A stretch of 64,000 nt of DNA, taken from assembly GCA_031285625.1 (NCBI GenBank), contig JAITVV010000025.1, positions 32,005 to 96,004 on the forward strand, read 5' to 3'. Origin of the DNA: Prevotella sp. (GTDB lineage: Bacteria; Bacteroidota; Bacteroidia; Bacteroidales; Dysgonomonadaceae). Below the pieces are notes generated by a model. That model was given only the letters and a program-made list of their open reading frames with translations, was not told the origin of the DNA and did not search any database. This document shows, piece after piece, positions 9,275 through 19,637 of this stretch (the first letter of the stretch is position 1; each line of letters begins with the position of its first letter). Both the position numbers and the translations under genes were made by a program.

Positions 9275-10785
9275 TAGTCTTTTCTTTTATATAAGTAATA
9301 GGTTTTTGTCTCATGTTCTACATACCTGTCTATTATAGTATAATTATCGTTGAGAGCAGGGAGGTTGTGGAAATAGTCGAAATTGAATGAAAACTCAGAC
9401 AGTATAATAAACTGAACTTGTTTGTTCTCAATATATTTAGTTTGTTCATCCCGCATCTCAGGATAGATAGAGTGGGGGAGGTTAGGCGATATAAAGTATT
9501 TAACGTTAGGCATTATATTTGCCTTGGTGAATACTCCGTTCCCAAGATCGAGGCTAAGGTTGAGCAGGGTAGGATCTTTCTCTTTTATAATAATGTCACT
9601 GAATTGGAAAATCAGACCATCCGGTTTTTGCTCTCTCAATAAAACAGCTTTTGATGTTCCAAAGAAGTCCTTTTCTTTAACACCAATTAGCGATGCAAAC
9701 ACAAAGAATAATGTGAAGTAATACCATTTAGGTTGTAATTTCAGATATTTAGAAATCAGGCCTGCAATTGCAATACAGCCTAAAAGGCTAAAGATATAGT
9801 AAGGTATAGAATAATAAAAAACATAGTTAGGTGACATGAATATAACTATATGCAATGCAATGAATGAAAGTATAATAGCTATTTTACCTAATGTATTTTT
9901 GATATATTTTATAGGGAAATAGAATACTCCTATCAGGATAATTAAATACTCAAATGTTTCGAATCGCAGGCGTTGATAAAATCTGACAACTAAGTTCTCA
10001 ACAATCTGACTTATATTCTCTAATTTTGCATAGCTACTATTGAGTACAATATAACTATCCCATGCCTCTGAAAGTGCATTGTTATATATAAAGTAGATTA
10101 TTACAGGCAGGATCAGAACCATAAGTCCAGTGATGTAAGCTACAATGTTTTGTATGAGATTTCTATACTCTTTGTTCTTGAAAATACTTATAAATACAGC
10201 TAATAATGGAAAGGCCCAGAATACAATAAGATTGATCTTTATTAGTATCGTTGCCGCACACATTATGCCATGTATCAGCATATATGCAGGCTTGTGTATT
10301 GAATTATTCTTTCCCTTGAAATACGATAGGAATAGCAACAGGCTGATACTCTCAAAGATGATAATGAATTCTTCGGCTGATCCGCCCTCCGATGAATGGG
10401 ATAGTACAAACAGGGGAAATATCAAAGCTATAGCAAATGCATATAATTTATCCAGATACAATCTGGCAGTGAGATATCCGGCATATACCAAAAATGTCCA
10501 CATAATTCCTTCTATGATATACATTCCCAGAAATGAAGTATTTGATATCAGATAGCCTATTCCATATATAAAAAATATAAGCGGACCTTTATGATCGAAA
10601 GCATCTACATACAAAATCTTCCCATTCGCAATACTTTTGCCTATATTAAAATATAGATTTATATCAGACCACTCATTGAATGGATACAAAGGTGACATTT
10701 TGGAACAAAAGAAAAGTAACAGAATAGTATAGACAAATAATATTATAAATGTCTTTTTATTCTCTGCTATTTCTTTTTTGATCAT
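9274..10785 (-). CDS. Polytopic GT-C fold (ArnT/PMT-like) glycosyltransferase
   Basis: Many TM segments; WSD..LY...G..LYVDAFDHKGPLIF motif. Start set at ATG 10785 because the upstream TTG lies within a TACTTTTG promoter (10813-10820). Confidence 0.75.
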   Translation of the reverse strand: MIKKEIAENKKTFIILFVYTILLLFFCSKMSPLYPFNEWSDINLYFNIGKSIANGKILYVDAFDHKGPLIFFIYGIGYLISNTSFLGMYIIEGIMWTFLVYAGYLTARLYLDKLYAFAIALIFPLFVLSHSSEGGSAEEFIIIFESISLLLFLSYFKGKNNSIHKPAYMLIHGIMCAATILIKINLIVFWAFPLLAVFISIFKNKEYRNLIQNIVAYITGLMVLILPVIIYFIYNNALSEAWDSYIVLNSSYAKLENISQIVENLVVRFYQRLRFETFEYLIILIGVFYFPIKYIKNTLGKIAIILSFIALHIVIFMSPNYVFYYSIPYYIFSLLGCIAIAGLISKYLKLQPKWYYFTLFFVFASLIGVKEKDFFGTSKAVLLREQKPDGLIFQFSDIIIKEKDPTLLNLSLDLGNGVFTKANIMPNVKYFISPNLPHSIYPEMRDEQTKYIENKQVQFIILSEFSFNFDYFHNLPALNDNYTIIDRYVEHETKTYYLYKRKD

Positions 10786-10905
10786 CTGGCGATTCCTGAT
10801 TTTAATATAAGACAAAAGTAGAAAAAAATATTACTGGTTACGAATAATTTATGCTATTGCTAGGTAGGGATGATTTATATTTTAATCTAACTTTGCAGGA
10901 AATAT

Positions 10906-12282
10906 ATGATAATGAACTTACCTGTTGAATTTATAACACGGACAAAACCACTTTTAGGAGAAGAATGGGATCTCTTTGTAGAAGCATTGAATGTTGATGC
11001 TCCAACAAGTATCCGTTGCAGTAAGTATAAGAGTAGTATAGAAAAGGAATCATCTTTTGTTCTATGGAGTAGTCGGGGATATTACCTCAACCAAAGACCT
11101 TCATTTACATTCGATCCCTTGTTTCATGCCGGATGTTATTATGTGCAGGAAGCCTCGTCTATGTTTATTGAGCAGGTGGTGAGGCAATATATAAATGACG
11201 ATATTAAGATTCTGGATTTGTGCGCTGCACCCGGCGGTAAATCTACTTTACTAGCAGATGCAATGACTGAAGGAAGTCTGTTAGTATCTAATGAGGTTAT
11301 TCGCTCCCGTGCAAATATATTATCAGAGAATATTACAAAATGGGGGAATCCAAATGTTATTGTCACAAATAATGATCCTGCACAAGTAGGTAAATTGAAT
11401 GGCTTCTTCGATTTTATATTGGTAGATGCACCTTGTTCGGGTGAAGGTATGTTTCGCAAAGATGAAGGTGCGATGTACGAATGGTCGGTTGATAATGTAA
11501 AGCTATGTAAGGAACGACAACAACGTATATTAGCTGATATCTGGCCATCTTTAAAATCAGGGGGATTATTATTGTATAGTACATGCACTTATAACCTGGA
11601 GGAAAACGAAGAGAATGTGCAGTGGATAAAGGATGAATTAGGAGCAGAAACATTACCTGTAGAGGTGAAGGATAAATGGAATATAACCCCTTCTTTTGTT
11701 GAAGGCGTTTCTGCTTACCGCTTCTTTCCACACAAAACAAAGGGTGAGGGTTTCTTCTGTGCATTATTACGGAAATCAGAAGCTTCAGACTCTGTTCAGA
11801 GGAGGAAGAATGAAAAAGAGAGAAAGACAAAACTGGATTTACCTCTTGAGTATAAGAACTATATCAACCAAAAAGAGAAGTTTATATTCTATTCTAAGAA
11901 TGATAAGTGGTATGCTTTTCCTTCCGGTTTATCCTCAGATCTGATGGTGTTGAATTCACAATTAAACACAATATCAGAGGGCATCGTATTAGGTGAATTT
12001 AAAGGTAAAGACTTTATTCCTAGCCATTCTTTGGCACTCAGTAATTACTTGAACATAGATGCATTTCCTACTAATGAGGTAGATTGGAAAACAGCTATTG
12101 CATATCTGCGTAAAGAAGCCCTTATACTGGATAATCAACCTAAAGGTTATATATTACTTACATATCGGGACAAACCACTTGGCTTTGTAAAGAATATCGG
12201 CAATAGGGCTAATAATCTTTATCCACAGGAGTGGCGCATCAGATCAACAAATATTCCAACAGAGGAAGTTGCTGTTATTTAG
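10906..12282 (+). CDS. RsmB/RsmF-family rRNA cytosine-C5 methyltransferase
   Basis: YYVQEASSM, LDLCAAPGGKST, DAPCSGEGMFRK, YSTCT. A TAACTTTG promoter lies at 10888-10895. Confidence 0.93.
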   Translation: MIMNLPVEFITRTKPLLGEEWDLFVEALNVDAPTSIRCSKYKSSIEKESSFVLWSSRGYYLNQRPSFTFDPLFHAGCYYVQEASSMFIEQVVRQYINDDIKILDLCAAPGGKSTLLADAMTEGSLLVSNEVIRSRANILSENITKWGNPNVIVTNNDPAQVGKLNGFFDFILVDAPCSGEGMFRKDEGAMYEWSVDNVKLCKERQQRILADIWPSLKSGGLLLYSTCTYNLEENEENVQWIKDELGAETLPVEVKDKWNITPSFVEGVSAYRFFPHKTKGEGFFCALLRKSEASDSVQRRKNEKERKTKLDLPLEYKNYINQKEKFIFYSKNDKWYAFPSGLSSDLMVLNSQLNTISEGIVLGEFKGKDFIPSHSLALSNYLNIDAFPTNEVDWKTAIAYLRKEALILDNQPKGYILLTYRDKPLGFVKNIGNRANNLYPQEWRIRSTNIPTEEVAVI

Positions 12283-13315
12283 ACTTCAAAGTCTTTGATA
12301 TCTGTTCAATCTGTTTGAAGGTTTTATCGATATCATTATTCGCCATTCCGGTGTAGGATATCGTTGCTTTATTATCTCCTGTAACTAATATATAAACCTT
12401 CATAGGCTTATTCATATAATTAGTATCAAAAGTTATTTCGTATCCTTTCATTCCATTTATTTCAACTTCTTTTCTAGATACTTCAGAAACAGGAGTCATA
12501 CCTGAACGGGCATAGCGGGGCAGCACATCTTCTGCAAATTCCACTCTTTTTTCGTATGTTACGGCAGGTAGAGGCATCACCATTATCTGATCAAGGAAGG
12601 GATCATTCAAAGGATCTCCCGCTCCACCTTTTGTATAATAGAATATGGAAGACATATTCCTGTTGAATTTGAAATCCGATTTAGAAAGGTCTATCGTAAA
12701 GTTTGATAATGATTCATAATCTACTTTTGCCGATTTATCTACGTATATAGTTTGTAATGCGTCTGCAATCTGTTGTTTCGATTTATTGTCATTCCGTATT
12801 AATGCACCGGCTATCATAACACTAAAGTCATTATCACCGAACATCATTACTATCTGGTCCAGATAAGGCTTGTTATCAGCTCCGTATATAATGAATGCAT
12901 CATAGTCTCCAAGTTTAAATTCTTTCTGTAAATATGGGATAAGACCTAAATCTTTTGCGTCGTCGAACGCTTTCATTACATCTGGCTTTTTCTCATAATA
13001 ACTTACTCCAAAAGTTTCAACAAAATGAATATATACATCATCGCTTTTTTGCAGTCGTACCATTTCAGGGAGAAGTTTAAAGCCTTCCGGTTGCGAGACG
13101 AATAGATGGGTACCCGGGAGTTGTATCTGCCCCTTATCTTTATTTACTTCCACTTTGTCGGGAATATTTAATGCCGGCGCAGATTGTGTATCGTTGTCAG
13201 ATGTAATATTCTTATTTGGTTTCTGTTTTACATCACAGCTGGTTAAGTTACAGATAAAGAGGAATAAGATGATTGTTTTGATGTAGTTCATGGTAGGAAA
13301 GGTTATATTATTCAT
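12275..13315 (-). CDS. Hypothetical lipoprotein, last gene of the glycan operon
   Basis: Lipobox-like LTSC after a hydrophobic stretch; overlaps the stop of the upstream GT2. Confidence 0.7.
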   Translation of the reverse strand: MNNITFPTMNYIKTIILFLFICNLTSCDVKQKPNKNITSDNDTQSAPALNIPDKVEVNKDKGQIQLPGTHLFVSQPEGFKLLPEMVRLQKSDDVYIHFVETFGVSYYEKKPDVMKAFDDAKDLGLIPYLQKEFKLGDYDAFIIYGADNKPYLDQIVMMFGDNDFSVMIAGALIRNDNKSKQQIADALQTIYVDKSAKVDYESLSNFTIDLSKSDFKFNRNMSSIFYYTKGGAGDPLNDPFLDQIMVMPLPAVTYEKRVEFAEDVLPRYARSGMTPVSEVSRKEVEINGMKGYEITFDTNYMNKPMKVYILVTGDNKATISYTGMANNDIDKTFKQIEQISKTLKSK

Positions 13316-14129
13316 TCTTTACAAAGCCAAATATCCGCCCGAGCTTTGCAAATACTCGGAATCCGTTATATATCCATGTTTTCGACTTCATAATATCAGT
13401 AACAAACCCATTCTGATCCAGATAATATAAACGCTTCAATTTTTCAACCAGCGATGGAGACAATAATTCATTACATACTTGCAGTTTCTCTTTATAGATA
13501 GTTTCTCCTCCGATCTGAGTGCTGAAGCCTTCCATATTGTATATGACAATGAATGTATCTACATATTTCACAGGAAGTTGGTCGAGCGCTATTCCCTGAA
13601 AGAATAACTTCCAGTCTGACATAACTCTTAAGTCTTCACAATAGAGTCCGTATTTTTCAAAGTTAGACTTATGTATAAAGAAAGCCTGATGACATAAGAA
13701 ACCTGCAAACAAATCATAGATTGCAAAACGCCAGTCCCGGTCTTTATATGATTTATCCTCTTCCAGCTTGCCGGCCACCTCCATATAGAAGTTACCACAA
13801 ATGAAAGCTTCATGCGGATCTCCTTCGAATATCTTTTCCAGCACATCTTTTGCATATAGTGCATCACCCGAATTGAGGAAATAAAGATATTCTCCTTTAG
13901 CATGGCTGATGCCTTTATTCATAGCGTTGTAGATACCACTATCTTTCTCACTCACCCAGTAACTGATACTATCTTTATATTGATTGATAATATCTACACT
14001 TCCGTCTGTCGATTTACCGTCTATAATGATAAATTCATAATCGGTGAATGTTTGCGATACAATGCTTTCGATGGTCTTTTGTAAGCCACTTTTATCATTG
14101 AGATTGATTGTTATTATAGATAGTTTCAT
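13308..14129 (-). CDS. GT2 glycosyltransferase (WcaE/WfgS-like)
   Basis: SIITIN, IIDGKSTDGS, SEKDSGIYNAMNKG, FLNSGD. Confidence 0.9.
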   Translation of the reverse strand: MKLSIITINLNDKSGLQKTIESIVSQTFTDYEFIIIDGKSTDGSVDIINQYKDSISYWVSEKDSGIYNAMNKGISHAKGEYLYFLNSGDALYAKDVLEKIFEGDPHEAFICGNFYMEVAGKLEEDKSYKDRDWRFAIYDLFAGFLCHQAFFIHKSNFEKYGLYCEDLRVMSDWKLFFQGIALDQLPVKYVDTFIVIYNMEGFSTQIGGETIYKEKLQVCNELLSPSLVEKLKRLYYLDQNGFVTDIMKSKTWIYNGFRVFAKLGRIFGFVKNE

Positions 14130-15007
14130 TATTTTCTTCTGGATTCTATTAGAAACGGATTAATAAAGATAAGTTTCTGGTATAGAGATAACACTGCAGC
14201 TGCTTTGCGCAAACTATAGCCTTTTGCATAATATATCTGTAATTTATACATCCGTTTTATCCGTTCTATAATGCTTTTTTTATAAGTCTTGTTTGTGTAT
14301 TTATTAAACTCATGCAATAAATATACCATCCATGCTGTCTGGTTCAGAGGCTTTAATGTAGATGACATCCCTCCTAAATGTTGCCTGTATACTGCCATAT
14401 ATTCAGGTAGAAACTTAATTTTACCTGAGAGAGATACAATTAGTTGTAGGGCGTAGTCGCCATTCTTAACAGTATAATACCAGTCCGGAGTTTTATGTGC
14501 ATCTTTCCGGAAGAAAATAGAGGCAGTAAGAAGTGCCCAGTCTTTTTGGATGAGGTCTTCTGTTGTCAGTACATCCTTTTCTATTTCGATATTCTCATCC
14601 AGAACTCCGCACATGAGTGTGTGTACTTTGTGGGAGCACATGGCAAAGTCAGGATTGGCCTCCATGAAATCTACCTGTTTTTGCAATTTGTAAGGATCCG
14701 ACCAATAGTCATCACCATCACACAAAGCGGTATATTTCCCCTGCCCGGAGTTTATATTGTTGATCCAGTTGAGCATCATTCCCTGATTGGTATCAGGCAG
14801 TCTCAGCTTTATAGTATCAGGATACTTTTTTTGGTATTCTATGCAAATGGCCCGCGTGCTATCTGTGCTGCAATCTTCTCCGATAACCAACTCGAACGGA
14901 AAGTTAGTCTTTTGCATCACAACGCCCTCTATTGCTTCTGCTATAAATTTCTCATGATTGTAAGTAATCATGGAGACAGAAACCATTATATTTTGCTGAT
15001 CAGCCAT
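14129..15007 (-). CDS. GT2 glycosyltransferase
   Basis: ITYNHEKFI, GEDCSTD, CDGDDYW..KLQKQV. Confidence 0.9.
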   Translation of the reverse strand: MADQQNIMVSVSMITYNHEKFIAEAIEGVVMQKTNFPFELVIGEDCSTDSTRAICIEYQKKYPDTIKLRLPDTNQGMMLNWINNINSGQGKYTALCDGDDYWSDPYKLQKQVDFMEANPDFAMCSHKVHTLMCGVLDENIEIEKDVLTTEDLIQKDWALLTASIFFRKDAHKTPDWYYTVKNGDYALQLIVSLSGKIKFLPEYMAVYRQHLGGMSSTLKPLNQTAWMVYLLHEFNKYTNKTYKKSIIERIKRMYKLQIYYAKGYSLRKAAAVLSLYQKLIFINPFLIESRRK

Positions 15008-15031
15008 ATTTATTTATTGAATGTTTAGTAA

Positions 15032-15099
15032 AAAAGTGACAAAGGTGACAAAAGTAACAGCTTTTATGCACTTTTTATTTTTTCTGTTTTGTTACCTTT
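15032..15099. repeat. Three tandem 9-mers plus a 13-bp inverted repeat around an internal promoter
   Basis: AAAAGTGAC-AAAGGTGAC-AAAAGTAAC (15032-15058). AAAGGTGACAAAA (15041-15053) matches the reverse complement of 15087-15099 at 12/13. TACTTTTG on - strand at 15049-15056. Confidence 0.6.
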
Positions 15100-15134
15100 T
15101 CTAATCATATAGCCCTTTATATATGACAAAGATA

Positions 15135-16088
15135 TTATCTGTATATAACATCTACAATCCGCTTCATGTCTTCTTCGTCATAGCGGTGATCACATGGTAG
15201 TGGTAACAGATAATTTACAATTTTATATTCGGCAGAATCTTTTTCAACTAAGCCTAATGTTTCCTTCCAGTAAGTAGAAACATATATTTTATTATCTATC
15301 AGTTTCTTTCTTAGGTTTGGGTCTTCTGAGTAGAACATATAACTCAGAGGACATGTTTCTGTCGGGAAATCGTCATATTCAAACTGATTGTCTTTACCCA
15401 GGATGGAATGTAGATATCTGAAATTATTGATCTGTCTTTCTTTCAGATTTTCATAATCAATATTAGCTAATAATGCAGAAGCAAGATTGGACATTCTCTT
15501 TATTGGCTGGTTGACAAGGCTTGCACAATAAACAAGGTAATCCTGATATCCTGCATTCCCACTTCCATATTCAATACGTTTCATCAGGTGTGTCATATGA
15601 GGAATGGACATATCCTGTTTGAATTCTTCATCCAGTAATGTATCAGTATAGAGATAAGCTCCATCTGGTAAACCAAAAAATTTGCGAGGGGAATATATTG
15701 TATCAATCCCATCATATGGTTTGGAAAAGAACGCATGGGTATTATCTACAATCAACTGTTTGCCATATTTTTTTACCAGTTTTTCCACTGTACAAGGTTT
15801 GATCCCGTAAGTGTCTGAATAGAAGAATACTTCGTCCTTACCTAATTCTTTATCAAAAATAGGGTTAATCTTTGAATCCACAGAATAGAATTCATATTCT
15901 ATTCCAAGCTTTTTCATAGGCTCCCAGATAACCTCAGAGTCGAGGTAAGGGATATATATTTTTTTATACTTCTTTGCTCTTAATATATATTCAAGGCAAT
16001 TACGGGCAGTATTTAGCTGTACGGCCCCTTTATGATAATGTTCCCCTTTACGGAGTTGAAGTTCAAAGTATCCGCCTATTTCTTTCAT
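15135..16088 (-). CDS. Divergent DegT/DnrJ-like PLP-dependent protein
   Basis: IVDNTHAF and YSPRKFFG align with the PLP Asp and Lys motifs; C-terminal LPLPCDHRY. Confidence 0.7.
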   Translation of the reverse strand: MKEIGGYFELQLRKGEHYHKGAVQLNTARNCLEYILRAKKYKKIYIPYLDSEVIWEPMKKLGIEYEFYSVDSKINPIFDKELGKDEVFFYSDTYGIKPCTVEKLVKKYGKQLIVDNTHAFFSKPYDGIDTIYSPRKFFGLPDGAYLYTDTLLDEEFKQDMSIPHMTHLMKRIEYGSGNAGYQDYLVYCASLVNQPIKRMSNLASALLANIDYENLKERQINNFRYLHSILGKDNQFEYDDFPTETCPLSYMFYSEDPNLRKKLIDNKIYVSTYWKETLGLVEKDSAEYKIVNYLLPLPCDHRYDEEDMKRIVDVIYR

Positions 16089-16783
16089 TCCACTAAGGTA
16101 TAGTTATTTAGCATTACTTTTATCTCATCTACCGAGTTAAACATAATAACATCTATAATAGATAAGCTGGGGATGAATTCGTTAGAAAATTGTTTATAAA
16201 CAATCGGGTTGGATGAAACAAATCGTAAATTTATATTTTCCTTTTCAAAATCAGCAGGAAAATATAATTCTTTGCCTCCAATAGCATTGTAGTAATCCGT
16301 TGAATTCATCTTATTACAGATAGAAAGAACACGGTCTACACCTTTTAGCGAGTGTTCTATACCGAGAGATGAAGAGATAACAATCTCTGTATCAATGCCC
16401 AGATATTCACAAATCTTCTTTATTGAATTGTATATATACTCAAACAGATTGTTATCTTCATAGTTGATTATCTCTTCAATCAATGGCATTGCTACCACAA
16501 AATAGGGCGCTTTGCGATACGATTCCCGTATCTGATTTAGAAGTTTCTTCTTGTCGAAAGAAGAGGCAACAAACCGTTCTCTGATATCCAGATAATCCGA
16601 ATCTTTTTCTACAGCTATTGTTATTAATATATCTTTACCGTTTTGCAAAATACGGTTTCTGTTCATCCAGCCTTTTTTTGTATACTGCGCATCATCGTAT
16701 AGTACATATTTGTCAACTGCATTTAGTAATTGAAAATAGCCGATGTATGGCATAAAATAGGGCTGCATAATCCCTAAAATCAT
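16085..16783 (-). CDS. WbqC family protein
   Basis: IMQPYFMPYIGYFQL, DDAQY.K.GW.NRNRI, LSIIDVIM. ATGA overlap with the upstream gene places the start at 16783. Confidence 0.9.
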   Translation of the reverse strand: MILGIMQPYFMPYIGYFQLLNAVDKYVLYDDAQYTKKGWMNRNRILQNGKDILITIAVEKDSDYLDIRERFVASSFDKKKLLNQIRESYRKAPYFVVAMPLIEEIINYEDNNLFEYIYNSIKKICEYLGIDTEIVISSSLGIEHSLKGVDRVLSICNKMNSTDYYNAIGGKELYFPADFEKENINLRFVSSNPIVYKQFSNEFIPSLSIIDVIMFNSVDEIKVMLNNYTLVE

Positions 16784-17901
16784 TTCTCCCAAGGTTTATT
16801 TTTAATTAGATCACAAATTTTTCTTACGTCATCAAATTCCAGATTGGCATATATAGGCAGGCAAATTATCTCTTTTGCTACCTGCGTTGCAACAGGAATA
16901 TTTCCAGCACTGGCAGAAGGTAAGCCTCTATATGTCGGAAAATCGCTGATGAGCGGGTAGAAATAACGACGTCCAAATACATCGTACTCCTGTAGTTTGA
17001 AATACAGATCATCGCGACTCATTCCATATTCTGCCGTATTTATGCGTACCGGATAATATGGATAGGTATGACTTACACCTTCGCCTACCTGCATATAAGT
17101 TGTTCCCGGAACATCTTTCAATAATTCATCATATAGTTTAGCCAATTCAAGACGTTTGGAAATATAACTATCCACGTATTTAAGTTGAAGCGAGCCATAA
17201 GCAGCCTGCAACTCATTCATTTTTCCATTGATACCGGGCTCAATAACGGTCGTTTCATTCCTGAATCCAAAGTTTTTAAGCAGGTCTATCCGTTGTTTCG
17301 TTTTTTCATCTTGGCATACAATGGCACCTCCTTCTATTGTATTATATACTTTGGTCGCATGAAAACTAAGGATGGATAAGTCTCCCCAGTTCATCACCGA
17401 CTGCCCGTCTTTCTTTACTGCAAAAGCATGGGCTGCATCATATATTACCCGAAGCCCGTATGTATCGGCTATACGCTGTATTTCGTCCATATCGCACGGA
17501 TTTCCGTAAACATGTACAGGCATAATAGCTGTTGTTTGCGGGGTGATGGCAGCTTCTATTTTTTTAGGATCGATATTATAATACTCATTATCAATATCAA
17601 CAAACACAGGCTTAATATTGTTCCACCACAAGGAATGAGTTGTAGCGACAAAGCTGAATGGTGTTGTGATAACTTCACCTGTAATGCGAAGGGCCTGTAG
17701 AGCTGTTATCAGAGCTAAAGTTCCATTAGAAAAAACAGATATATATTTTACGCCCAGATACTCCGCCAGTTCTTTTTCAAACTGTCTGTGAAAGGGTCCG
17801 TCGTTTGTTAACCATTTATTGTCCCATATTTTTTCCAAGTAAGGAATAAACTCATCCAATGGAGGAAGAGCCGGCTGTGTAACCATTATTTTCTTGCTCA
17901 T
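16780..17901 (-). CDS. vioA: DegT/DnrJ/EryC1/StrS aminotransferase (VioA-like dTDP-4-amino-4,6-dideoxyglucose synthase)
   Basis: VTQPALPP, NGTLAL, YDAAHAF, SFHATKVYNTIEGGA, GINGKMNE. Confidence 0.8.
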   Translation of the reverse strand: MSKKIMVTQPALPPLDEFIPYLEKIWDNKWLTNDGPFHRQFEKELAEYLGVKYISVFSNGTLALITALQALRITGEVITTPFSFVATTHSLWWNNIKPVFVDIDNEYYNIDPKKIEAAITPQTTAIMPVHVYGNPCDMDEIQRIADTYGLRVIYDAAHAFAVKKDGQSVMNWGDLSILSFHATKVYNTIEGGAIVCQDEKTKQRIDLLKNFGFRNETTVIEPGINGKMNELQAAYGSLQLKYVDSYISKRLELAKLYDELLKDVPGTTYMQVGEGVSHTYPYYPVRINTAEYGMSRDDLYFKLQEYDVFGRRYFYPLISDFPTYRGLPSASAGNIPVATQVAKEIICLPIYANLEFDDVRKICDLIKNKPWEK

Positions 17902-18755
17902 AATCCTAAAAGTTTGTTGTATATTTTTCTAATAAACGAAGGAGTAATACTTTTCAGGCGTCCCCTGAAGGATTTGTCGCCATAGAGAAGTATTTCCAAT
18001 CGCCGTTTGTGTTTTGTAAAAGTCTCAGTGTATTTATAATTGAAATATTTATCATATTCGTTTATGAGTTCTATAACTCTTGCACATTGGTCTCTTTCAT
18101 TCATCCGCGACCATTGACCATTGTCGTGGATACGATATGCCGAGGTTACATCTTTGAGATATAATAATGGCCCGAACTGTCCCATATACATTCCCAGCAT
18201 CCAGTCGGCAATTTCCATATCAAACAGTTTCTTATCTAGCTGCTGAACTAATTTCCCTCGAAAAACACAACAAGAAAGATTCCCAATCCTATTACCTAAG
18301 GCCAGTTGCTCTGTGGTTACAAACTCATAATCTTTATCGCTAGTCCAATCGAATATTTCTTCCCTATGCTGGTCTTCAAACAGTCGTATATGTCTGTTGT
18401 AACTCATTGAAGCTTCAGACTGCTTTTCCAGAAAATCAATGTGATTTTGCAGATGAGATGGCTTTACCCAATAATCGTCACCTTCCATAATGGCAACGTA
18501 ATCTCCTGTACATGCAGCAAAAGCCTGTTGATAGTTGCGTATATATCCTGTATTCCTGGTCTTATTCAGATAGTGGAATGAGAAGTGTGTAGTAGATTCA
18601 TACTCTTTTATGATCTCTACAGTATTATCTGTAGAGCAATCATCAGCCACAATAATTTCTACATCAGAAGGTGTCTCTTGCATCAGGATGCTTTCGAGTG
18701 TCTTTCTGACATAATTTGCATGATTATAAGTGATGAGTATGATATTTATTTTCAT
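17898..18755 (-). CDS. GT2 glycosyltransferase
   Basis: ITYNH, ADDCSTD, MEGDDYW. Confidence 0.9.
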   Translation of the reverse strand: MKINIILITYNHANYVRKTLESILMQETPSDVEIIVADDCSTDNTVEIIKEYESTTHFSFHYLNKTRNTGYIRNYQQAFAACTGDYVAIMEGDDYWVKPSHLQNHIDFLEKQSEASMSYNRHIRLFEDQHREEIFDWTSDKDYEFVTTEQLALGNRIGNLSCCVFRGKLVQQLDKKLFDMEIADWMLGMYMGQFGPLLYLKDVTSAYRIHDNGQWSRMNERDQCARVIELINEYDKYFNYKYTETFTKHKRRLEILLYGDKSFRGRLKSITPSFIRKIYNKLLGL

Positions 18756-18779
18756 AATAGTTTGTATCGCAACAAATCC

Positions 18780-19637
18780 TTATTTAGAGAAAATCCTGCT
18801 AAAGAATCTCTTTATTGAACGTAAAGGCGCACATATTATTCTCCCCACTCTGTAATCGATAGTATGATAATGCCAGTAGAGTTCTTTTTTATATGTCTCT
18901 GCCTCGATCTTGTCTCTTATCGGATTGAAATATTCAAGAAACAAAGGTACATGATTCTTAAACATTTGTAAAAGCATTGCATTGTTTTTTTCCGATTCAT
19001 TATTGATATGCATCGAACGCGATGCTTCTTTTATCCTATAGTATCCATGGAATGCATTGAGTTTAACTACTTTATCATTTGGCTTGATTAAAGAGAGATA
19101 AAAATCCCAATCTTCTATTCCGTCATACATATTCAGGTTATATCCTCCTACTTCTAAGAAATCGGCTCTTTTGAACATGGCGAAACTGTGAATCTGGTTT
19201 TCGGTCAGCATCTTTTCGAAAACGAATTCAGGGTTGACAATCTTCTCATTTTTTACGCCAAATAGTATTATATCACTATAAATAAGCTTTATATCAGGAT
19301 CATTCGAAAATGCTTTGATTGCTTCGCTGAAATAATGAGGTCCCAGCTTGTCGTCCCCATCCAGTGGCACGATGTATTCTCCTATTGCCTGACTAACGCC
19401 ATAGTTTCGCGTGTCAGAAACACCGCTGTTTGTTTTCCGGAAATACTTAAACCGTTTATCTTTTTCTACCCATTCTTTTGCTACTTCTTCTGTATTATCC
19501 GGCGAACCATCATTGACAATAATACATTCCCAATGAGGATAATCCTGATCGAGAAGGGATTGTAGTGCTTCAGGCATATACTTTGCCTGATTATAGCAAG
19601 GCATAATAACGGATATAATCGGGTTCATATTGCTCAT
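18780..19637 (-). CDS. GT2 glycosyltransferase
   Basis: SVIMPCYN, VNDGSPD, PLDGDD, EDWDF. Confidence 0.9.
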   Translation of the reverse strand: MSNMNPIISVIMPCYNQAKYMPEALQSLLDQDYPHWECIIVNDGSPDNTEEVAKEWVEKDKRFKYFRKTNSGVSDTRNYGVSQAIGEYIVPLDGDDKLGPHYFSEAIKAFSNDPDIKLIYSDIILFGVKNEKIVNPEFVFEKMLTENQIHSFAMFKRADFLEVGGYNLNMYDGIEDWDFYLSLIKPNDKVVKLNAFHGYYRIKEASRSMHINNESEKNNAMLLQMFKNHVPLFLEYFNPIRDKIEAETYKKELYWHYHTIDYRVGRIICAPLRSIKRFFSRIFSK

